From: Octopus sinensis
Taxonomy: Eukaryota
NCBI RefSeq assembly: GCF_006345805.1
Contig: NW_021836911.1
Span: 1 to 22,178 of the forward strand
Reading direction: 5' to 3'
DNA length: 22,178 nucleotides
The notes below the pieces were generated by a model. It did no database searches. It was not told where the DNA came from and saw nothing but the letters and a program-made list of their open reading frames with translations. The position numbers and the translations under genes were made by a program. Shown here one piece after another: positions 9,835 to 18,347 of this stretch. The first letter of the stretch is position 1. Each line of letters begins with the position of its first letter.

Positions 9835-10528
9835 AACTTATAAATAAGGGCTAAAGAAAATTATTTCAATGCCAATATACTGATGACAGACTTTTAAATC
9901 GTCAATTTCCACATATTATTTACTCGCTACAGAAAAAAACACGAAGAACTTTTATAAACACGATAGAATTTTTTTTTAAAGTTCGTTATTTCTATATTGA
10001 ATCAATTTCGGAATTAATCTCATAATAGATTCTTTCCTCTTCAGTAGAACATACGAAAGGATATAAATAAGATACCTACATGCGCCCATGTTTTCTGTAT
10101 ATTAGTAGTAGACTTATTACTACTCGCTATAGGGACTGGTAACCACTATAACCTGTAGTGGAGAACAGTCAACACGTTGTGCTGAGGCTGACCAAAGAAT
10201 TTTATTTTTAGATATATCTGGGGTACTTATATGTACTCATGATTTTTGCTTCGGCTCTTTTCCATGGGCGCATGTAGGTATCTTATTTATATCGTTTTGC
10301 ATGTTCTACTGAAGAGGAAAGAATCTATTATGGGATTAATTCCGAAATTGATTCAATATAGAAATATCGAACTTTTTTTTTTAAATTCTATCGGCCGGCT
10401 TTCCCCGATTTCAGTTCTTCGTGTTTTTTTCTGTAGCGAGTAAATAATATGTGGAAATTGATGATTTAAAAGTCTGTTATCAGTACATTGGCATTGGAAT
10501 AGTTTTCTTTAACCCTTATTTATAAGTT
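9835..10528. repeat. Long inverted repeat / foldback element: arms 9835-10090 and 10263-10528, 172-bp spacer
   Basis: Manual alignment: outer 115 nt have 6 mismatches (all transitions); inner ~130 nt have 5 substitutions plus a homopolymer difference; one non-homologous patch (11 vs 20 nt). Confidence 0.93.
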
Positions 10529-10859
10529 ATATATATATATATATATATATCTTTTGAATTTGTTGATGGGAAGCCTTTTGGATATGTAGATAAAATTCCT
10601 ATTCTATTATGCCACCCACAGTCTAATGATGCTGTCTGATGAACCAGTTTTTCGGGATTGCATCCCTCTGTACATCCTTTAATGTTATATCGCCTGATGA
10701 AATGAATTCATAAAGATGATCAACCCGATGCCCATGGATACTATGGACTGCACTGCATCCCAAAAATATGGACTATGGTCTTAGGAGAAATGTGATTTGT
10801 GGAAAGGCCCAGAGCGATTCATTAAATGTCTATAAATTCCTTTCAAGGATTTTTATTGT

Positions 10860-10868
10860 TTTTGTTGC

Positions 10869-10911
<43 letters not shown>

Positions 10912-11348
10912 GTTGTTGTTGTTGTTGTTGTTGTGTTATTGTTATTATTATTATTTACGCATATATATATACATACATATATATATATATATATATAATA
11001 TATGCATATATATATACACCTACAGTTATTCATATAGTTTTCTGTTTATTACATGTGCGTGCGTATATATGAGAGATTATATGTGCATATACGTAGAGGC
11101 GTGCAGGAGTTATGCGTGTCTATATGAATGTGTGGATGTGTTCGTCGATGTAATTGTGTAAAAAAGAATAAGTAACTTCACAATAATGTACAGTGTACTA
11201 ATTTCTATACATTGTCAGAACAACTGTCAGTGTAAATGAATACAAGCAAACGTGTGAATGTGTGGGCGTATGTTTATATATGTATATATATACACATATA
11301 TATATGTATTATACATCTATATATATATATATATATATATATATTATG

Positions 11349-11384
<36 letters not shown>

Positions 11385-11781
11385 AATGTATTATATATAT
11401 ATTATATATTATATATATATTTCATATATATATATATATATATATGGAGGGGGTATGTATCTATAGATATATGTATATATGTTGATGTATGTATGTTTGT
11501 TTGTATGTATGTATGTATTTATGTTTATAATCGTGAGTATATGCGTGTCCTGACCCGTTGTTATATCATAAATCAATATACACATCAGTAAGTTTTAAAG
11601 AATTATAAACTTAAATATATTTTAATATAAGACAAATTATTAAACAAATCAAGTTATTAACAAAATCTACCTGACCGGATATTGTCATTTTTTCACGGTT
11701 TTCAATGTATATTTTGCTTTTCTAATAGTCTCCATAAACAACCCACATTATATTGCTTATATGTGTGTTTGTTTGTATATG

Positions 11782-11839
<58 letters not shown>

Positions 11840-12037
11840 GTGTATATAGAAAGACAAACATTCATGAGTGCGTCGATACACACTTATAGAGACGCATACA
11901 CGCATGCACATACACGCAAACACACACCGACACGCACCAAGTAATGACGTGTAGGAGGTTTCTCTGTACATTACATTTTATATATATACATATATATATA
12001 TGTGTGTGTGTATGTGTGTGTGTGTGTGTGTGTGTGT

Positions 12038-12070
<33 letters not shown>

Positions 12071-12200
12071 ATACATATATATATATATAAGTACATGAGT
12101 ATGTCTGTACATGTATGTATGTGTGTTTGTATGTTTGTATGTATCTTTGTATCTATGTATGCATGTATTTAACTATCTATCTATCTATCAATCTATCTAT
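10860..12200. repeat. Series of microsatellites: (ATT)n(GTT)n, (TA)n, (TATG)n, (TG)n, (TATC)n with short unique spacers
   Basis: Directly visible. Confidence 0.9.
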
Positions 12201-12529
12201 TTATATGTTATTGTATTAAGTCTTTCTACTCCAGACAATAGCACACAAGGAAGAATTATAAAAATGGCCGAAATTTGATAAAATTATATTAGCGATCAAT
12301 TAAATGTACTGACGTTTTTAATAAAGTCTCTTAATATATTAATAATATGACGCTGTAAATATATACAAAAGACAGTAAGTTGGCAGAAATGCATTGCTCT
12401 ATTTAGCTGCGGCTGTTTGCCTCCTTGTTTCAAATCTTTTCTAGATCAACCTTGCCTCAGTAAGATAATTAGTAAGATCAACCTCGGTAAGATAATTAGT
12501 GCTCATATTTACTCGCTGATTCTTTCAGG

Positions 12530-12797
12530 AGGTCCCCAGTTTCGATCTCACTGTGTGGTATCTAGGATGAGAGGCTTTTACATATAGTCTCGTATCGCCC
12601 CAAATTAAGTAAACAGAAACTGTGCGTAAGCCTGGCTGATGGATTTTTCCTCTGTTTCATAGATCCAGGCTGTTCTGCCTAAAAATTATATAAATGTTAC
12701 ACATGTCTATGGAATACTCAGCCACTTGCACGTCAATTCAATGAGCAATTTGCTCAGCTAATCCAACAGTTGAATATTCATCGTCGTAATCGAAGAT
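12530..12797 (+). mobile_element. Old SINE with family A-like head/core and family C-like tail
   Basis: 12530-12640 (CAGTTTCGATCTCACTGTGTGGTATC ... TATAGTCTCG ... AAACAGAAACTG) resembles family A. 12697-12797 (GTCTATGGAATACTCAGCCACTTGCACGTCAATT ... TCGTCGTAATCGA) matches the family C tail at 7165-7265. Confidence 0.6.
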
Positions 12798-12899
12798 CTA
12801 CTTATTGGTATAAAAATATTTTGCCTGTTGATCTTTTATTAGAAATCCAGTGGAATCGCAGAAGAGATAGATTTCGCTATTTAATTGCAACTGTTTCTG

Positions 12900-12995
12900 C
12901 TTTGATTTTGAAATCTACTGAAGTTGTCTGTGAACTTCATCGTTCTGAGATTGATAAATGAAATCCCAGTAAAGTACTGGGGTCGATACCATCTG
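12900..12995 (+). mobile_element. Decayed family B SINE central fragment
   Basis: TTGATAAATGAAATCCCAGTAAAGTACTGGGGTCGAT resembles the family B central block. Confidence 0.5.
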
Positions 12996-13059
12996 CTGTT
13001 CTGATCTTCTACAATTCAGGTCTGTATATGAAATTGATACTGGAAGTTTTTGCAAGCTT

Positions 13060-13255
13060 ACACAGTCACTTGACCCGTTAAAAACAGCAGCGGGTTATCC
13101 TTTAGGTCAAACCCTATTTACATGCAATACTAAGCAATGTTCGATATTGAAATCTAAGATATATCTGGTATAAGATAAAAGGAACAGAATGGTCAAGGCT
13201 GAAACACCTTTGGTTATATATCTGCTAGTTTAGGACTGATTTGGGGACAAGTTAA
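13060..13255 (+). mobile_element. Diverged interspersed repeat (working family D, probable SINE tail)
   Basis: Partial similarity to the reverse complement of 21828-22005 (e.g. TCAAGGCTGAAACACCTTT vs TCACGTCTGAAATGCCTTT); similarity is weak. Confidence 0.4.
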
Positions 13256-13285
13256 TGTACAGTAAATCATTCTTACAGAGCAAAA

Positions 13286-13286
13286 G

Positions 13287-13361
<75 letters not shown>

Positions 13362-13457
13362 GGATAGATAGATGGATAGATAGATAGATAGATACATACA
13401 TACATACATACATACATACATACATACATACATACATAGATGGATAGATAGATGGAC

Positions 13458-13550
<93 letters not shown>
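13286..13550. repeat. (GATA)n/(CATA)n tetranucleotide microsatellite
   Basis: Directly visible. Confidence 0.95.
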
Positions 13551-13551
<1 letters not shown>

Positions 13552-13621
13552 AAGTCAGCAAATTGACCAAGCTTTTAGCGTTTTGGCTGGAACTCCTCTC
13601 GATGTGTGTTTCAACTTTTGC

Positions 13622-13683
13622 ACTCAAATTTCGCCAAAGTCAACTTTGCCTTCAGTCCTTTTGGGGTCAATAAAAAATGCACC
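13622..13683 (+). mobile_element. Family B SINE fragment
   Basis: TCAAATTTCGCCAAAGTCAACTTTGCCTTCAGTCCTTTTGGGGTCAATAAA matches the family B central block. Confidence 0.7.
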
Positions 13684-14211
13684 TTTACGAAGCGATAGAT
13701 CAGCGAAACTACTAATAGAGAGTCAGGCGAGATGGTTGATAGTATGTGTTCCGGCTCTTTGCGTTCTGGTGGCAAGCTGTTTTACCCCAGGTCGGTAGCC
13801 TTTCTTTCGTATGAACATCAGTACCAAAGACAAGGGAGACTACGATTCGTGAGTAATTCCTTGCGTTCCTCAAAACAAAATAAAGAAAGAACTATTTTTT
13901 GTCTTGTCTAGGCTTGCACTTAGATGTACAGATGTATGGTTAACATTGAGCGACGGAAGCCCTACAAAGAGAAGTGAAGATGTGAAGGCGCGGAAGCATG
14001 GACACGTGAAGGCGTGGAGTCGTAAAACCTAAGGTCATGTCATTAAAGCCACATTTGTGAAACTTTTGCACCTCCGCTTCTTTATTAATGAGTAAACATA
14101 ATGAAGTTTGCTTGCATAAAATTCTTCTTGGTTTGCCGTTGTGTAGGACAAGTTTAAAATGTTTAAAATCATCTTAATTTTACTCAACATGTCAATATAT
14201 CTGTTACCCAG

Positions 14212-14428
14212 CAGGCAACGAGCTGACAGAATCGTTAGTACGCCTAGCAAAATGCCTAGCGACATTTCGTCCGTCTGTACATTCTGAGTTCAAATTCTGC
14301 CGAGGTTGACTTTGTCTTTTATCCTCTCGGAGTCGATAAAATGAGTACTAGTTGAGCACCGGAGTTCAGATAATCATTTTATCCCTTCCCCGGAATTGCT
14401 GGCCATGTGTCCAAATTTGAAACCAATA
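14212..14428 (+). mobile_element. Full-length family B SINE (tail type 3) with a decayed ~16-bp TSD
   Basis: Head AGGCAACGAGCTGACAGAATCGTTAG, B-box-like AGTTCAAATTC, tail AATTGCTGGCCATGTGTCCAAATTTGAAACC. Flanks CAATATATCTGTTACC (14193-14208) and CAATATCTCAGTTACC (14424-14439) match at 14/16. Confidence 0.85.
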
Positions 14429-15099
14429 TCTCAGTTACCTTTTCAATCCCCTCCCCAGAATTGCTGGCTATGTGTCCAAATTTGAAACTAATGTATCAAT
14501 TACCTTTTCAATTGTCACAATTTCTACAATAAGAAACGCTGTCCTGTAGTAACTGGCAGATTTTCTGTGTTGTCTTTAGTTATTACAATTTCAGAGATAG
14601 TTATTCTATATGTTTAACATGATTTATAACTGAATCAGGGAATGAAGTGAAGCATAGAAAACAGAAGGAAGGGATAAAAAAAAAAAGCAAATGGTGGGAG
14701 TTGGTAATAACATAATCAAGCGAAGGAACACAGATGTAAGGAATGAGTGGAAATGTGTAAAAATATGTTTTTATTTAAATCCAAATAAATCTTAAAGTCT
14801 GTCAAATGTAATTTGAGATCTTAGAAGTTGGTGAAAATAATTAGAACAACGAAAGTGGTGGCATAAAGAACAAAAGGAAGAAATAGAAGAAGTGAAAATT
14901 AGTTACAAATGAAGGATGAATTTAAAAGAAAGGAAAGGGAAATAATGGATCTATATATTAATGTCTTACAGAAATCTAGAGCATAAAAGAATGAATGGGA
15001 AAGATAAACCAAAGTAGTGAGAGAACCTGGTGTGTGTACATATGCGTGTATGTGTCTGTTGTCATGTGCATGAATGTACACATTTATAGGCATCTACAT

Positions 15100-15167
<68 letters not shown>

Positions 15168-15168
<1 letters not shown>

Positions 15169-15480
15169 ACGGGAAGCTTTATGAAAATAGACAAAAGACG
15201 AAGGCAGGTTTACGGAAATAAACAAAAGACGAAGGCAGGTGGAATACAAACAACATTGTATTAGTATGGCGCTCAGGAAATATAAATAAAACAAGTCTTT
15301 AATCGTTCGAGCCTACGCTCTTCAACAGAAAGATACACAGAGAAAAAACACAGAAAGAAGGAGAGAAAAAAAATATGCGTGCAGAGGCTAGCGAATCAAC
15401 ATGGCGATCTGATTTCGGCCAGAAGTCAAAGATCAAACATGAGACGCAAGAGCGAAATTAGGGGAGATAATAGGGTTGAA
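15168..15480 (-). mobile_element. Penelope-pLTR-like hammerhead element abutting (TA)n
   Basis: Homologous to 17047-17225 (ACAAAAGACGAAG, GCGCTCAGGAAA, CGAGCCTACGCTCTTCAACAGAAA); internal 19-bp duplication at 15191-15209 and 15222-15240; right boundary uncertain. Confidence 0.6.
15296..15333 (-). ncRNA. Minimal type I hammerhead-like motif (A6U core, GAAA/ACGU region damaged)
   Basis: Minus strand TCTTT-CTGTTGA-A-GAGC-GTAG-GCTC-GAACGATT-AAAGA; perfect 5-bp stem I. Confidence 0.5.
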
Positions 15481-15620
15481 TGACCTCTCTCCAACATAAG
15501 AGTGTGTGTGTGTGTATGAGAAGAGTGTGTGTGTGTATGAGAGAGTATTAGTGCGTATGAGAGGTCTGGACGTGTGTATGTATATATGATGTGAGGTGTA
15601 AAGTCGTATGGTGTAGTGTA

Positions 15621-16080
15621 GAGAGGAGATGAGGGAAAGGGGGGTAAGGGGGGTAAGGGGGGAGGGGAGAAGAGGGGAGAAGGAGGAGGAGAAGAGGAGG
15701 GGGAAGGGGAAGGGGGAGAAGGAAGGAGAGGCGAAGAGGAGGGGGAGAAGGAAGGAGAGGAGAAGAGGAGGGGGAGAAGGAAGGAGAGGAGAAGAGGAGG
15801 GGGATAGGAAGGAGAGGAGAGAGAAGAGGAGGGGGAGAGGGGGGAGAAGACGGAGAGGAGGGGAGAGGAGGGGAGAGGATAGAGGGAGAGGGGGAGAGAG
15901 AGAGAAGGGGAGAGAGGGAGCAGAGAGAAAGAGGGAAGGGAAAGAGGGAAGAAGGAGGGAGGGAGAAAGAGGGAAGAAGGGAAGAGGAGTAGGGGTGAAA
16001 GGATGAAGGACTGAAGAGAAGTAGGGGTCGGGGGAGGTTAGATGAGGAGGGGGAGAGGGGGGTTAGATGAGGAGGCGGGG
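15621..16080. repeat. Polypurine (G/A) tract containing about four copies of a 29-bp minisatellite
   Basis: Unit GGAAGGAGAGGAGAAGAGGAGGGGGAGAA at 15721, 15750, 15779 and 15807; the plus strand is almost pyrimidine-free. Confidence 0.9.
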
Positions 16081-16152
16081 AGGGTTGAGACCAAATGGCG
16101 TATAAGAGCGAAGAGCAAGTGCATTAGTTTCACGCGCTGGAAAATGAAAAAG

Positions 16153-16191
16153 TTTTCTACGTTTCGAGCCTACGCACTTCAACGGAAAAGA
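16153..16191 (-). ncRNA. Minimal type I hammerhead-like motif (A6U plus private U4C and stem II mutations) in a pLTR-like fragment at about 16120-16195
   Basis: Minus strand TCTTTT-CCGTTGA-A-GTGC-GTAG-GCTC-GAAA-CG-TA-GAAAA. Confidence 0.5.
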
Positions 16192-16198
16192 AAGTGTG

Positions 16199-16245
<47 letters not shown>

Positions 16246-16466
16246 ACGCACACACATGCACAGGTATTTATCATGTAAATAAATATATATATGCACACAC
16301 ACAACACATAAATATTAACATATGTATACATATACATTTATAATTATTTTGGGGATTCAATGGAATCGAGGTAATTTTAATAAGACGTCAAAGTAGATTG
16401 CGATTTCTTTCCCTTCTTGTCGTCCGTTACCCTTTACACGTTTATCTGAATTGACTATGTGTGTGT

Positions 16467-16543
<77 letters not shown>

Positions 16544-16549
<6 letters not shown>

Positions 16550-16744
16550 GGTGCTGAAAATACAGGCAGATCAGTTAATTGTGACTTTATTCACTATATT
16601 CCCCTCACAGATTCACACACTTATTGCAACGGTCCTTCAGTTTTTCTAAGCCCTGTAAAACCTGTAAAAGAACTCGGAAAGTGGGGATTCCAACCAGACC
16701 TTTTGCAATAACCTTCAAGCCAAGAACTTTTCAGCAGCCCCTCG
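16544..16744 (-). mobile_element. Mariner internal-deletion derivative (MITE, about 201 bp) retaining the transposase C-terminal codons
   Basis: TIR CGAGGGGCTGCTGAAAAGTTCTTGGCTT (16717-16744, minus) next to TA; decayed partner TGAATGGGTGCTGAAAATAC at 16544. 16652-16587 translates as GLEKLKDRCNKCVNL*GEYSE*, like the mariner C-terminal GIxKLxxRWxKCVxxxGxYxE motif. Confidence 0.85.
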
Positions 16745-17046
16745 TATATGTATTCTTTTATTCTTTTATCTTTGACTTGATTCGGTCATTTTACTGTTGC
16801 CATGCTGGAGCATCATCTTGAAAGGGTTTTTTTTTTATTCGATTAAATCGATCGCAGGACTCATGTTTTTGAAGTCTAGTACTTATTCTATCAGTCTCTT
16901 TTGCCAAACCGTTAAGTTACAGGGACATAAACTCACCAACACAGGTTTTCAAGTGGTGATAGGGGAGACAGACACAGACACAAACACACACGAATACACG
17001 CACACACACACACGTACGCACACGCACACACACACACACATATATA

Positions 17047-17225
17047 CTTCAATTTTATAGAAAAACAAAGACGAAGAACAACAAGCAAGTGTGCTTGTTT
17101 GACGCTCGGAAAAAATGGAAAAGTAAAAGTCTTTTACGTTTCGAGCCTACGCTCTTCAACAGAAAAGAATAAGAGAAAATAAACACAGAGAGAATGAAAA
17201 AAAAGCGTGTTGAGTTCAGTGACCA
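17047..17225 (-). mobile_element. 179-bp Penelope-pLTR-like hammerhead element inserted in (TA)n
   Basis: TATATA on the left and ATATAT on the right; absent from the other family A copies; contains the best-preserved hammerhead motif. Confidence 0.7.
17130..17168 (-). ncRNA. Minimal type I hammerhead ribozyme-like motif with A6U core variant
   Basis: Minus strand TCTTTT-CTGTTGA-A-GAGC-GTAG-GCTC-GAAA-CG-TA-AAAGA: stem II of 4 bp, ACGU palindrome in place of stem III, GUA triplet (predicted cut between 17135 and 17134), stem I UCUUU(U)/AAAGA. Confidence 0.62.
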
Positions 17226-17395
17226 ATATATATATATATATATACGACGGGTTTCTTTCAGTTTCTGTCTACCAAATCCACTCACAAGACTTTGGTCGGC
17301 CCGATAGTGTAGTAAAAGATACTTGCTCAAGGTTCCACGCAGTCGGACTGAACCCGGAACCATATGGTTGGGAAACAAGCTTCTTACCACGCTGC

Positions 17396-17555
17396 TGAGC
17401 TGACGGAATCGTTATCACGTCGAACAAAATGCTTAGCGGTATTTCTTCCACCTCTTCACGTCCTGAGTTCGAAACTCACCGACGTAATTTTTTTCTTTCA
17501 GTTGGGAGTAAGAGGTCGATCTTATCGACCTCTTACTTCCAAAACTGCTGACCTT
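17396..17555 (+). mobile_element. Family B SINE, internally rearranged, head-to-head with the family A copy
   Basis: GAGCTGACGGAATCGTTATCAC ... AAAATGCTTAGCGGTATTTC ... CTGAGTTCGAA head; tail-like AAAACTGCTGACCTT. Confidence 0.75.
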
Positions 17556-17845
17556 TAGCTCTGCAACGGTCCGGCATACCTTCCAAGGGAATGCTGTGAT
17601 CTTGGCTATGGAACACAGGTAATTTATTCGAAAGCAAGAATTCCTTGTCTGACATGAGAGATATTTTTAAGATGTTTTTTTTTTTTGAATTCTACGAAAA
17701 CTAAAAGTGCAATTTCAGTTCAAAGAATCACCGACTACAAACAAACATGTTCTCATGTTCTTTCAATTCATGGCGACTACAAAATTATTTGACAGCAGAA
17801 ACAGCTTTGCGTTGGCATTTAAGCAGATGATATATGTGTGTGTGT

Positions 17846-18021
17846 GTCTGCCACTACGTTCTGAGTTCAAATTCCGCCGAGGTCGACTCTGCCTTTCATC
17901 CTTTCGGGGTCGATTAAATAAGTACCAGTTACGCACTGGGGTCTATATAATCGACTTAATCCGCTTGTCTGTCCTTGTTTCTCCTCTCTGTGTTTAGCCC
18001 CTTGTGGGTAGTAAAGAAATA
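17846..18021 (+). mobile_element. 5'-truncated, well-preserved family B SINE (tail type 2)
   Basis: Near-identical to the reverse complement of 2734-2900 and 20974-21114; ends GGGTAGTAAAGAAATA. Confidence 0.9.
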
Positions 18022-18112
18022 GATATATGTGTGTGTATGAGTGTGTTTGTGTGTGTATGTGCGCGCGCGCGCATAATACAGAAATATACACACACATATA
18101 TTACATATGATA

Positions 18113-18161
<49 letters not shown>

Positions 18162-18274
18162 GAATACATACACACAAAGATACATATCGATACATCGATA
18201 TAGATATATAAGATATGATATATATATATGGAGAGTGAGAGAGAGAGAGTGTGTGGGTGAGGGAGACAGACTGG

Positions 18275-18347
<73 letters not shown>

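Larger units (their letters stand above)
16751..17390 (-). mobile_element. Family A SINE split by a 179-bp hammerhead element in its internal microsatellite
   Basis: Tail part at 16751-17046 and head part at 17226-17390 (CGACGGGTTTCTTTCAGTTTC ... CTGAACCCGGAACCATATGGTTG) are colinear with 806-1235. Confidence 0.85.

Noticed and set aside
10636-10715. Two CTGATGA hammerhead-core-like heptamers (10636-10642 and 10694-10700)
   Set aside because: No GAAA after a credible stem II and no stem I or ACGU palindrome.
10555-10855. Possible coding relic in unique-looking sequence
   Set aside because: The frames I translated on both strands are interrupted by stops, and no recognisable motif was found.
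12443-12500. Imperfect ~28-bp tandem duplication (AGATCAACC..GTAAGATAATTAGT)
   Set aside because: Real but an ordinary slippage duplication with no further structure.
17559-17618. 60-nt AG/GT-bounded plus-strand micro-exon (open in two frames)
   Set aside because: The acceptor derives from a SINE tail, the polypyrimidine tract is weak and the peptides are unrecognised; such pairs are expected by chance in 22 kb.
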